NCBI GenBank assembly: GCA_010909165.1
Contig: MU008149.1
Coordinates: 310,001-374,000 of the forward strand
From: Anthoceros angustus
Taxonomy: Eukaryota; Plantae; Anthocerotophyta
Length of the DNA: 64,000 bases
Direction: 5' to 3'
The notes beneath the pieces were generated by a model. The model saw only the letters and a list, made by a program, of their open reading frames with translations, was not told where the DNA came from and made no database searches. Shown in pieces: positions 11,990-24,440 of this stretch. Both the position numbers and the translations under genes were made by a program. How positions within the stretch are numbered: the stretch's first letter is position 1; each line of letters opens with the position of its first letter.

Positions 11990-13830
11990 TCCTACATAGA
12001 TACTCACTCAGTGCCTAGGGAAGAAGGCCCGCCAGGGGCATATACTCTGTAATCTAGGCTGTTGGGTTGCGTCACCAGGCCGATGACGTAAAGGTGATGG
12101 GCGCAAGCGGCAGGCAGGGGAGGCGCTGGGGCACAACCATGGGGCCGTTGGAGCAGCCACTTCAGCACGCCCGTGCTCTGCACCACAACAACAGCCAGCA
12201 GCATCGCAGCTAGCACAACCACGTCCACAAGTAATCGCTACCGATGGTGGCGTCTTCCTCCAGCTCGGACAGGAAAGCTGAGCAGGACCTAGGCGCTCAT
12301 TCACCAGGGTGCTTCCATTAGAAGAAGCTCCGTACAATGCGGGCAATGACCAACATGAGGATCACAACTGCCGCAGCATGAGAGCTTCACGACCTTGATA
12401 TGGCCGCAGGGGAACATGCTGCCGAGCTCATCCAAGAACCCATCCGAGGGAGCTAAGCCAGACGGCTTCATGCCCAGCGTGCGGCCTCCAGCACCGCCCG
12501 TACTTGGATCGATGCTGCCCCGGCCGGGTGCCCAGCATCCTCCCGAAGCAGAGGAGCAGCAAGACGTCAACCACCTTTGGCCCGCACACGTCCATCACCG
12601 TCACCAGTCGCCGCTGGCCCGTCCGCTGCACGAAGATGGCCATGGCGTGAGCGATGGCGGCCTCCTCAGAGGGTTAAAACCTACAGGCAGTAGTCGAATG
12701 ATCAGCGCGCGGGGATACAAAGGGCGGCCAGCCGGGGTACCAAGGGAAACCGTAGGCTAACCTCTGACTGTGTAGGCTCAAGCTCCAGGCTGCGTCACGC
12801 GGTAGGACATCACGAAGGTGCACCCGGTATTCCGGCCCCATCGATGTGGGTGGTACCGGTGGCCAGTGACATGTCCCGCGACCTCATGGCCTGCACATGC
12901 ATGCGTATAAGGATACATCAGCCAAGGTGCTTGCAAACCAAGCTTGTGGCATTCTGCAAGCAATTGCAAGCAAACAAGCTGCTGGAATGATGGGAGTTAT
13001 CAAGACCACACTCGCATAGCGCATTGAGATGATGAGCAAAGGGAGTTTGCGTTGGTTGATTACCTTGCCGGCAGCGCAGCGGATGTGGAGGTCGGCGTGG
13101 CTCCCGACCAGGCGCCTCCAGGCAGGCAGGTGGCCAAACTAGGAGTGGAACACATTGGCATCCTCGTCCACCCGTAGCGCCTCCTCCGCCATGCCGGCAA
13201 GGTTGGGGATGATGATGGAGGGATCCAGCTGGGAGCCATGGCGAAGTTCCTGCAGCTTGCAACCGGGATGGGGTATACATCCCGAGAAACATGGGGTGAA
13301 GGCGGAGGGATTGAGAAGAGGCAAGAGCAGCTCCATGGCCAGAGAACAAAAGCAATGAGGCTCCATGGCCAGAGAACAAAAGCAATGAGGCTCCACGGCC
13401 AGAGAACAAAAGCAATGAGGCTCCATGGCCAGACAACAACACCATGGAGACTCCATAGCCACACAACAACAACAACGAGACTCCATAGCCACACCACAAC
13501 AACAACTACGAGGTTCTATAGCCACACCACAACAACTACAAGGAGGCACCATGGCCAGACAACTTAAACAACGAGAACGAGGCTACGTGGCCACACAGCA
13601 ACAACAATGAGTTGAACTCGTTGTGTGCCACCTCAATGCAGAAGAGGGAAGGACCCTCCACGTTCATCGGGTCCAATAGCGCTAGCGATACCTTGCGCGC
13701 ACCATATATGCACGGCTCTCTTCAGCACGAGTTTCATACACGCCAGTTCCATAAGTCGGACCAAACGGCATCATCCTCGTGCATCACGCTACCGCAGGAA
13801 GAGCGTTGCTGCTGCGAACACATGGCCAGG
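11990..13830 (-). pseudogene. Scrambled F-box-family pseudogene (unit copy 1; also ~18870-20710, ~25700-27545, and a diverged partial copy at ~33230-34030)
   Basis: VYETRAEE and LLDPMNVEG match the N-terminus of the intact gene (MYETSSQEP...LLESMNLLEG). YVIGLVTQPNSLDYR matches HVLGLVTEPNSPDYR. Frameshifts and stops are present. Confidence 0.8.
13325..13565. repeat. 30-bp and ~27-30-bp VNTR (gaggctccatggccagagaacaaaagcaat; ctccatagccacacaacaacaac)
   Basis: Three near-perfect 30-mers are followed by related units. They are present in all three unit copies, shorter at 33740-33880, and as related units at 55390-55540. Confidence 0.9.
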
Positions 13831-13844
13831 GAAGGAAGACAGCT

Positions 13845-14125
13845 ACTGATGAGAGCTGAAGCAAGAGCCGAGGGCAAGAGCTCAAGGGGTCAAGCAGGAG
13901 CTGGGGCAAGAGCTCAAGAGTCAAGCGACGATGAGAGCTGAAGCAAGAGCCGAGGGCAAGAGCTCAAGGGGTCAAGCAGGAGCTGGGGCAAGAGCTCAAG
14001 AGTCAAGCAGGAGCTGGGGCCTCAAGAGGTCAAGCAGGAGCGGGGCCTCAAGAGGTCAAGCAGGAGCTGGGGCCTCAAGAGGTCAAGAGCTGGGGCCTCA
14101 AGAGGTCAAGCAGGAGCTGGCGAGG
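13845..14125. repeat. Purine-rich leader repeats: an ~80-bp duplicate plus a 27-bp VNTR (ggggcctcaagaggtcaagcaggagct)
   Basis: There are about four 27-bp units in copy 1, two in copies 2 and 3, and about six to seven related units at 34080-34300. Confidence 0.88.
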
Positions 14126-14129
14126 GAAG

Positions 14130-14560
14130 AGAGGAAGTGAGCTTCTAGGGATGGCTGTGGGTTCCCTTTATAGGTCCGAGGAATAGGGAACGAGGGCAGG
14201 AGGTTGGGAGGCCAGGAGTCTGCAAGGACAGCTGACGCATCGCAGCGGAAATTTCCAGCTGAAGCCAGTGGGACAAGCCCGAGCCGGATGCAAAGTGGGT
14301 CACAGGGTCCTGGGCCCTGGCCTTCTGATGCCGAAGTTTCGAAGCTTCCTGGACGGCTCAAGGGCATTTCGCACTCGCCCACAGCGCCAGGATATATACA
14401 TATATGTCTCCGTTAGATGCGTTCGTACATTAGCTACATATTCATGTAGCAATCCGGGACGAGTCCGCATACCCGTTGCACAACGCCGCCCGGGGCCAGC
14501 CGGCAGATTGCATCCAGGCGTGTACGCTGGTTCGCTGGATTGTTCTCGCCGCCCTCCTTC
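14130..14560 (-). promoter_or_regulatory. Conserved Pol II core-promoter module, copy 1 (TATAAA 14167-14172)
   Basis: cctataaa(a/g)ggaacccacagccatccctagaagctcacttcctctcttc. TATA lies ~34 nt upstream of an Inr-like CTCACTT, followed by a pyrimidine-rich leader. Confidence 0.75.
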
Positions 14561-15109
14561 CCCAGTTGCAAGCATCCGACGTTGTAAACCTGAATCTGAT
14601 TTCTACCACAACTAGCGTTCATGCTGAGCTGTTCTTCTTTGTTAAGGGAAAAGATGATGATGGGGAGAGCCCGCCTAGCAAAGGACATGACCCGACCCCG
14701 TTCATGTGTTCTTGGTGCACTCAGTCCACACATTTAACCTCTTTTGTCAGGTTGGATTTCGCGAATATGTTTCCCCATCCTTCCTCAATGCACCCAAAAC
14801 GTGGAGTTCACATGAACTTCCTTCAAAGAAGTGTCGAAATACCAGTTCTCCATGGAAGCCAGACCCACAAGATCCAGCTTATAAAATCATCAAACACAAA
14901 CTTTGGAGACCACGTGAAAGCCCCTTCCACACCCAGTACAGAAACACCGTCTCAACAACATCAGGATTGCTCAGTGACAAGAATCCTGACCGTGTCATGA
15001 AAGCAAAACCAGAAGTTTTGCAGAAAAGTTTCAAGGAACCCCTGCTTAAAAGCAACCTCAGCTGTCCGTCCAGTTCCTTTTAACTTGACGTTTTCAAAAC
15101 TTGGGGAAC

Positions 15110-15800
15110 CTGCTGACGAAGGAAGGCTCCTCTGGCAGCGGCGGCCTGGAGCAGGAGCAGAGGAGACTCCCGCTCCCGCCCGACTCTCGTACCTTCTCCA
15201 CAGCAATGTTGAAGGGTCCTGCAGCCACGTCTTTGGAGCTGGGGAGCCACGATTGTGTTCTGCAACAGGCCAGACGACGCGACACGTTATCTTCATGAGT
15301 CAGAGAGCTGGAGAGTACTGGCTAGAGTCTAGAGTTGGAAAACATTCATGGATGGGTTGTGAGATATACGCTGTCGAAACGGCCGTCTGTCACCAGGTCT
15401 GCACACCTTCACACCATGTAGAAACCAGCGCGGGAAGATCGCGGTCGGCGGAGGAGAGTCGCTGCAGCCCTTTTCCCCGTTGCCCAGTTCCGAAGCCGGA
15501 TTTCACGCTCCACCAGCACAATGCCAGCGCCCCTGGTTCTCCAAGAGCTCGTCTACTGGGCTCTCAAGAGTTCAGGCTCTACGCATCAGCCAGGAATTCC
15601 CTGCTGAAGCCGTGGAGGATTCCTCTGAAATCCTCCTTCTCACGTCCCTGACGCTCATGTCCCCGTCCCCGGCGTCTTTCCCTCCTGCTTTCGCCGCTTT
15701 TGCCGCCGATCAGATGGAACGCCTGCAAAGACTCTGATACGAGCCGCTGTTACGGATTCCTCTCGCAGCACTGGAACTGCCTCGAGACCAAGGAAAACGG
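15110..15800 (-). pseudogene. Bicupin storage-globulin pseudogene fragment (unit copy 1; also ~21945-22620, ~28775-29450, and partial copies at ~35520-35800 and inverted ~32570-32700)
   Basis: EDFRGILHGFSR and KDVAAGPFNIAVEKVRE are homologous to the 50.6-51.7 kb copy. Confidence 0.7.
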
Positions 15801-17197
15801 CAAACGGCAAACGGCGTTCCCTGACCGTTTAGGTTTCCGGCCAACGGACTGCCTGCCCATTTTCGATTTTTACGAAATGGGGCAGGTAATTTCTGTGCAC
15901 GACGAATTTCAATAAAGCCTAGCCCAGGGAACAGTGTGGTGAGGTGGTGAGGCTGCTTCCTGGAGGTGTGGTTGTCTGGGCATGCATGACGTTCTCCAGC
16001 ACGGGCCCCTTGTCCAGGTCTGATATTTTGGTGTCTCTTGTATCTTCAGATTGGAGCAGGGTGGTGGAGCTCACATTGGCAGGTGTTGCATTCAAGTGCG
16101 CTGTGTCACATTTAGCTCACGTTTGAAGATGCCAGTCCGCATTGGTCAATTTACGCCTGGCTAGGTGTGTCGGGTATGACTGAGCTGAGGAGATGGTGCT
16201 CCTGAAGGTGGGTCATACAACAAGAACACTGGTTTTACTTCATCAACTGGGTTGTTGTGAATGCTGTGTTTTGAGAAAACGGGTTCTTGGTATGGTGGAT
16301 TAAATTGTGAGGATTCCTCCTTATGTGGTCCTCGTTCACATGTTGTGGTGTTGATACAGGGTCGAAATGGAGATCAGCGTGGTTGTCTGAACCCCTAGGA
16401 GCGCTAGGTGGATTTTGTTTCGGAGTCATGGAGCTTCATTCATGTGTGCAGCAGGACACTATGGAGCAGGCAGAGCCTGATTGCACGGGAGGCTTGGTAG
16501 TTGTACAGAGGGAATGCTCGAGCAGATAGATGATGAGGCTACGAGCATCACAAGGTTAGCACGTGGACGGTACCGTGGTACGTATGAGAACCTGACGGAG
16601 GTAGTGAGATTGTGCAAAATGAAGTTAGTTGCTGCCCACTCAAGAGATGATGCAGCGTCTTTGTCCTCTCTTTAGCCATGGCTATTTCGACAAGCTCGGT
16701 CAAGAGGCAATTTAAAGTTGCAAAACGAGGATAAATACACTCAGGACATGGACGACATGTGATTCGGTTTCGGGATGAGAATTGCTGGGCTTCCAAAGTT
16801 AAATGGTTAGGTTCCTTTGGAGACAAGCCGTTTATCAGCGGTATCACAACTGTAGGAAGCACGGGGTCATGGCTCAAGAGGAGAATGCTAGCACCGTGGT
16901 GGAAGAGTGGAGTAAAGCACCCAGAAGCGGTTGAACCTGATGGCTGTAAAGCTATTTCTGAATTCAACCACAACTAGCTTCTATGTTGCACCCAATTCAC
17001 ACATTTAACCTCTCCTGCCAGACTGGATTTCGATGGATTTATGCTGGATTATGCTTCCTGCTCCTTCCCCAAGCACCCAACCGAGCATACCACATGAACT
17101 TCTCCAGGCGGAATGGTGGTAAGACATCGTTTGACACATGGGTGCAGTACCGTTGTTTCTTCATGAACAGCCAGCTCATGTATCCGGTGGTTCGCAG

Positions 17198-17610
17198 GTA
17201 GCAGGGTTTGAAGGGTTTATGAGATAGGACGGATTTTCCGCAATGAGGGCATATCCACTCAGCACAACCCAGAATACACCTACATAGAGGTCGGGAAATC
17301 GCACCACATCTTTGCTCTTGATTGGCCACTTTGGTTCTCAATTGGTCCAGTACCCACTGAGTTACTTGACTGCTGTGAACAGAGTTTTGGCAACACTGCT
17401 GTAGTAGTGCATGTTCCCAAAATTGTCAGCAATACTCCAAGCGAGAAGGTCAGCTTTGGCGCTTATGGATGCCTGACATTGACTGAGAGTCACCTCCTCG
17501 CATGTCCCTCTCTTTCTTGCAAACCGATCTATCAGGCGTATGCGGATTACAATGATATGATGATCCTTGCCGAGGAGCACGTTGAGAAGTTTGTGCATTA
17601 GCAGTCCACC
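17198..17610 (+). pseudogene. LysRS fragment (unit copy 2)
   Basis: Copy of 10318-10730 with a 1-nt homopolymer deletion. Confidence 0.9.
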
Positions 17611-20600
17611 TCTTGGAGACTAACAAGCCCTTGGTCATTGTCCATCAGCAGTTGGGCACGTCTTGAATGAGGTGAGCTGTGCTCAGACATGGTCTGTTCA
17701 GTACATTGTTCAATGTGTCACATGCATTCCTCACTCTGTTAAATATGTTGTGAGTGTAGCTTGATTGCCTGCTATATAAAATCAGGACTTTGAAGCTGCT
17801 GTGGAAAAACTTTGATCCGACCAACTTTTGTTATGGATCATCCAGTGAAATCTCCCCATACCCAATACTTAGCAAGGAAAGCCGGGATTTTTCAGTCAGG
17901 AAGGGAACCAAAATTCTGACTACCTAATAAGGATTATTAGCTGCTTATCCTCGGCCATCCTTATCATCAGCTCACATTCTCACAGGTGCCCGAAAATGAT
18001 CAGTGTTTCAATCTTCTTTATCTGTCATTTTTAGAGCTGATGGTTTCTTCCTGGTTGGGTCTAGTATTTGTTGCAGTCCCAGTTCGCCACATTTCGGCAT
18101 ACGGTGATTTCCACGAGGCAGGTGACGAGAAACAAGTTACGAGAAACTGTGCAACACATCGCAGTGCACTTTCCTGCCAGACTCAAGTAGGCCGAAAAAG
18201 CGCCAGCTTGAAGAGCAGCTGCAAAAGCGGGCTCGCCCGCTTAATTCACCCTGAGGTAAGTATTTGAAGGTTCAGTTGTATGGCCTCATTAGGCTTCCCA
18301 TGTTTAGCATGGTTGCATGATGTTAGCATCTAGACACTGCACAGCACCGCTCATGGTTTGCATACCCAGCAATGGAATGTCTGACCACACCCTTTAAAGC
18401 GACCAAGCAGTCAAAAGCTCGGCGTGCATCTTCCAGTTCGCCACATTTTGTTCATGTTGCAACGCAGGTGCCAAGCAGTATGTCATCTAGGAGTCCTCTG
18501 CTTGTCACCTGTGAGAATGTGAGCTGATGATAAGGATGGCCGAGGATAAGCAGCTAATAATCCTCATTAGGTAGTCAGGAGTACATGTGGAGTAAACCAT
18601 GAGCGGTGCTGTCCAGTGTCTAGATGCTAACATCATATGTGTGCAATACAGACTCATGTGTGCAATAGGGTACATGTGTGGAGTCCCGTTCCACAGTCTC
18701 CGACTACACTTGAAGTGTCGTAACCTTAGAATTCACTATCCATAAACTAGATATATGGCCTGTAACAAAGACAAATCTAGACTACTGAGCTCCTGGAGAT
18801 CTCCCGTGTATGTATGTGCATACATGCATAATCAGGAGCAGGAGCAGGTCCTGAGCTTCGTCCTGAAGTCTCCTACATAGATACTCACCAGTGCCTAGGG
18901 AAGAAGGCCCGCCAGGGGCATATACCTGTAATCTAGGCTGTTGGGTTGCGTCACCAGGCCGATGACGTAAAGGTGATGGGCGCAAGCGGCAGGCAGGGGA
19001 GGCGCTGGGGCACAACCATGGGGCCGTTGGAGCAGCCACTTCAGCACGCCCGTGCTCTGCACCACAACAACAGCCAGCAGCATCGCAGCTAGCACAAACC
19101 ACGTCCACAAGTAATCGCTACCGATGGTGGCGTCTTCCTCCAGCTCGGACAGGAAAGCTGAGCAGGACCTAGGCGCTCATTCACCAGGGTGCTTCCATTA
19201 GAAGAAGCTCCGTACAATGCGGGCAATGACCAACATGAGGATCACAACTGCCGCAGCATGAGAGCTTCACGACCTTGATATGGCCGCAGGGGAACATGCT
19301 GCTGCCGAGCTCATCCAAGAACCCATCCGAGGGAGCTAAGCCAGACGGCTTCATGCCCAGCGTGCGGCCTCCAGCACCGCCCGTACTTGGATCGATGCTG
19401 CCCCGGCCGGGTGCCCAGCATCCTCCCGAAGCAGAGGAGCAGCAAGACGTCAACCACCTTTGGCCCGCACACGTCCATCACCGTCACCAGTCGCCGCTGG
19501 CCCGTCCGCTGCACGAAGATGGCCATGGCGTGAGCGATGGCGGCCTCCTCAGAGGGTTAAAACCTACAGGCAGTAGTCGAATGATCAGCGCGGGGATACA
19601 AAGGGCGGCCAGCCGGGGTACCAAGGGAAACCGTAGGCTAACCTCTGACTGTGTAGGCTCAAGCTCCAGGCTGCGTCACGCGGTAGGACATCACGAAGGT
19701 GCACCCGGTATTCCGGCCCCGTCGATGTGGGTGGTACCGGTGGCCAGTGACATGTCCCGCGACCTCATGGCCTGCACATGCATGCGTATAAGGATACATC
19801 AGCCAAGGTGCTTGCAAACCAAGCTTGTGGCATTCTGCAAGCAATTGCAAGCAAACAAGCTGCTGGAATGATGGGAGTTATCAAGACCACACTCGCATAG
19901 CGCATTAAGATGATGAGCAAAGGGAGTTTGCGTTGGTTGATTACCTTGCCGGCAGCGCAGCGGATGTGGAGGTCGGCGTGGCTCCCGACCAGGCGCCTCC
20001 AGGCAGGCAGGTGGCCAAACCAGGAGTGGAACACATTGGCATCCTCGTCCACCCGTAGCGCCTCCTCCGCCATGCCGGCAAGGTTGGGGATGATGATGGA
20101 GGGATCCAGCTGGGAGCCATGGCGAAGTTCCTGCAGCTTGCAACCGGGATGGGGTATACATCCTGAGAAACATGGGGTGAAGGCGGAGGGATTGAGAAGA
20201 GGCAAGAGCAGCTCCATGGCCAGAGAACAAAAGCAATGAGGCTCCATGGCCAGAGAACAAAAGCAATGAGGCTCCACGGCCAGAGAACAAAAGCAATGAG
20301 GCTCCATGGCCAGACAACAACACCATGGAGACTATAGCCACACAACAACAACAACGAGACTCCATAGCCACACCACAACAACAACTACGAGGTTCTATAG
20401 CCACACCACAACAACTACAAGGAGGCACCATGGCCAGACAACTTAAACAACGAGAACGAGGCTACGTGGCCACACAGCAACAACAATGAGTTGAACTCGT
20501 TGTGTGCCACCTCAATGCAGAAGAGGGAAGGACCCTCCACGTTCATCGGGTCCAATAGCGCTAGCGATACCTTGCGCGCACCATATATGCACGGCTCTCT

Positions 20601-20964
20601 TCAGCACGAGTTTCATACACGCCAGTTCCATAAGTCGGACCAAACGGCATCATCCTCGTGCATCACGCTACCGCAGGAAGAGCGTTGCTGCTGCGAACAC
20701 ATGGCCAGGGAAGGAAGACAGCTACTGACGATGAGAGCTGAAGCAAGAGCCGAGGGCAAGAGCTCAAGGGGTCAAGCAGGAGCTGGGGCAAGAGCTCAAG
20801 AGTCAAGCGACGATGAGAGCTGAAGCAAGAGCCGAGGGCAAGAGCTCAAGGGGTCAAGCAGGAGCTGGGGCAAGAGCTCAAGAGTCAAGCAGGAGCTGGG
20901 GGCCTCAAGAGGTCAAGCAGGAGCGGGGCCTCAAGAGGTCAAGCAGGAGCTGGCGAGGGAAGAG

Positions 20965-21390
20965 AGGAAGTGAGCTTCTAGGGATGGCTGTGGGTTCCCT
21001 TTATAGGTCCGAGGGAATAGGGAACGAGGGCAGGAGGTTGGGAGGCCAGGAGTCTGCAAGGACAGCTGACGCATCGCAGCGGAAATTTCCAGCTGAAGCC
21101 AGTGGGACAAGCCTGAGCCGGATGCAAAGTGGGTCACAGGGTCCTGGGCCCTGGCCTTCTGATGCCGAAGTTTCCGAAGCTTCCTGGACGGCTCAAGGGC
21201 ATTTCGCACTCGCCCACAGCGCCAGGATATATACATATATGTCTCCGTTAGATGCGTTCGTACATTAGCTACATATTCATGTAGCAATCCGGGACGAGTC
21301 CGCATACCTGTTGCACAACGCCGCCGGGGCCAGCCGGCAGATTGCATCCAGGCGTGTACGCTGGTTCGCTGGTTTGTTCTCGCCGCCCTC
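20965..21390 (-). promoter_or_regulatory. Promoter module copy 2 (TATAAA 21000-21005)
   Basis: Same motif as copy 1. Confidence 0.75.
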
Positions 21391-24029
21391 CTTCCCCAGT
21401 TGCAAGCATCCGACGTTGTAAACCTGAATCTGATTTCTACCACAACTAGCGTTCATGCTGAGCTGTTCTTCTTTGTTAAGGGAAAAGATGATGATGGGGA
21501 GAGCCCGCCTAGCAAAGGACATGACCCGACCCTGTTCATGTGTTCTTGGTGCACTCAGTCCACACATTTAACCTCTTTTGTCAGGTTGGATTTCGCGAAT
21601 ATGTTTCCCATCCTTCCTCAATGCACCCAAAACGTGGAGTTCACATGAACTTCCTTCAAAGAAGTGTCGAAATACCAGTTCTCCATGGAAGCCAGACCCA
21701 CAAGATCCAGCTTATAAAAATCATCAAACACAAACTTTGGAGACCACGTGAAAGCCCCTTCCACACCCAGTACAGAAACACCGTCTCAACAACATCAGGA
21801 TTGCTCAGTGACAAGAATCCTGACCGTGTCATGAAAGCAAAACCAGAAGTTTTGCAGAAAAGTTTCAAGGAACCCCTGCTTAAAAGCAACCTCAGCTGTC
21901 CGTCCAGTTCCTTTTAACTTGACGTTTTCAAAACTTGGGGAACCTGCTGACGAAGGAAGGCTCCCTCTGGCAGCGGCGGCCTGGAGCAGGAGCAGAGGAG
22001 ACTCCGCTCCCGCCTGACTCTCTCGTACCTTCTCCACAGCAATGTTGAAGGGTCCTGCAGCCACGTCTTTGGAGCTGGGGAGCCACGATTGTGTTCTGCA
22101 ACAGGCCAGACGACGCGACACGTTATCTTCATGAGTCAGAGAGCTGGAGAGTACTGGCTAGAGTCTAGAGTTGGAAAACATTCATGGATGGGTTGTGAGA
22201 TATACGCTGTCGAAACGGCCGTCTGTCACCAGGTCTGCACACCTTCACACCATGTAGAAACCAGCGCGGAAGATCGCGGTCGGCGGAGGAGAGTCGCTGC
22301 AGCCCTTTTCCCCGTTGCCCAGTTCCGAAGCCGGATTTCACGCTCCACCAGCACAATGCCAGCGCCCCTGGTTCTCCAAGAGCTCGTCTACTGGGCTCTC
22401 AAGAGTTCAGGCTCTACGCATCAGCCAGGAATTCCTGCTGAAGCCGTGGAGGATTCCTCTGAAATCCTCCTTCTCACGTCCCTGACGCTCATGTCCCCGT
22501 CCCCGGCGTCTTTCCTCCTGCTTTCGCCGCTTTTGCCGCCGATCAGATGGAACGCCTGCAAAGACTCTGATACGAGCCGCTGTTACGGATTCCTCTCGCA
22601 GCACTGGAACTGCCTCGAGACCAAGGAAAACGGCAAACGGCAAACGGCGTTCCCTGACCGTTTAGGTTTCCGGCCAACGGACTGCCTGCCCATTTTCGAT
22701 TTTACGAAATGGGGCAGGTAATTTCCTGTGCACGACGAATTTCAATAAAGCCCAGCCCAGGGAACAGTGTGGTGAGGTGGTGAGGCTGCTTCCTGGAGGT
22801 GTGGTTGTCTGGGCATGCATGACGTTCTCCAGCACGGGCCCCTTGTCCAGGTCTGATATTTTGGTGTCTCTTGTATCTTCAGATTGGAGCAGGTGGTGGA
22901 GCTCACATTGGCAGGTGTTGCATTCAAGTGCGCTGTGTCACATTTAGCTCACGTTTGAAGATGCCAGTCCGCATTGGTCAATTTACGCCTGGCTAGGTGT
23001 GTCGGGTATGACTGAGCTGAGGAGATGGTGCTCCTGAAGGTGGGTCATACAACAAGAACACTGGTTTTACTTCATCAACTGGGTTGTTGTGAATGCTGTG
23101 TTTTGAGAAAACGGGTTCTTGGTATGGTGGATTAAATTGTGAGGATTCCTCCTTATGTGGTCCTCGTTCACATGTTGTGGTGTTGATACAGGGTCGAAAT
23201 GGAGATCAGCGTGGTTGTCTGAACCCCTAGGAGCGCTAGGTGGATTTTGTTTCGGAGTCATGGAGCTTCATTCATGTGTGCAGCAGGACACTATGGAGCA
23301 GGCAGAGCCTGATTGCACGGGAGGCTTGGTAGTTGTACAGAGGGAATGCTCGAGCAGATAGATGATGAGGCTACGAGCATCACAAGGTTAGCACGTGGAC
23401 GGTACCGTGGTACGTATGAGAACCTGACGGAGGTAGTGAGATTGTGCAAAATGAAGTTAGTTGCTGCCCACTCAAGAGATGATGCAGCGTCTTTGTCCTC
23501 TCTTTAGCCATGGCTATTTCGACAAGCTCGGTCAAGAGGCAATTTAAAGTTGCAAAACGAGGATAAATACACTCAGGACATGGACGACATGTGATTCTGG
23601 TTTCGGGATGAGAATTGCTGGGCTTCCAAAGTTAAATGGTTAGGTTCCTTTGGAGACAAGCCGTTTATCAGCGGTATCACAACTGTAGGAAGCACGGGGT
23701 CATGGCTCAAGAGGAGAATGCTAGCACCGTGGTGGAAGAGTGGAGTAAAGCACCCAGAAGCGGTTGAACCTGATGGCTGTAAAGCTATTTCTGAATTCAA
23801 CCACAACTAGCTTCTATGTTGCACCCAATTCACACATTTAACCTCTCCTGCCAGACTGGATTTCGATGGATTTATGCTGGATTATGCTTCCGCTCCTTCC
23901 CCAAGCACCCAACCGAGCATACCACATGAACTTCTCCAGGCGGAATGGTGGTAAGACATCGTTTGACACATGGGTGCAGTACCGTTGTTTCTTCATGAAC
24001 AGCCAGCTCATGTATCCGGTGGTTCGCAG

Positions 24030-24440
24030 GTAGCAGGGTTTGAAGGGTTTATGAGATAGGACGGATTTTCCGCAATGAGGGCATATCCACTCAGCACAAC
24101 CCAGAATACACCTACATAGAGGTCGGGAAATCGCACCACATCTTTGCTCTTGATTGGCCACTTTGGTTCTCAATTGGTCCAGTACCCACTGAGTTACTTG
24201 ACTGCTGTGAACAGAGTTTTGGCAACACTGCTGTAGTAGTGCATGTTCCCAAAATTGTCAGCAATACTCCAAGCGGAGAAGGTCAGCTTTGGCGCTTATG
24301 GATGCCTGACATTGACTGAGAGTCACCTCCTCGCATGTCCCTCTTTCTTGCAAACCGATCTATCAGGCGTATGCGGATTACAATGATATGATGATCCTTG
24401 CCGAGGAGCACGTTGAGAAGTTTGTGCATTAGCAGTCCAC
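24030..24440 (+). pseudogene. LysRS fragment (unit copy 3)
   Basis: Copy of 10318-10730. Confidence 0.9.

Noticed and set aside
12918-13505. Overlapping ORFs LLLFSGHGAS / VLWPWSLIAF / RLHGQRTKAM
   Set aside because: These are alternative frames of a 30-bp VNTR. Only the AME-containing frame aligns with the intact gene.
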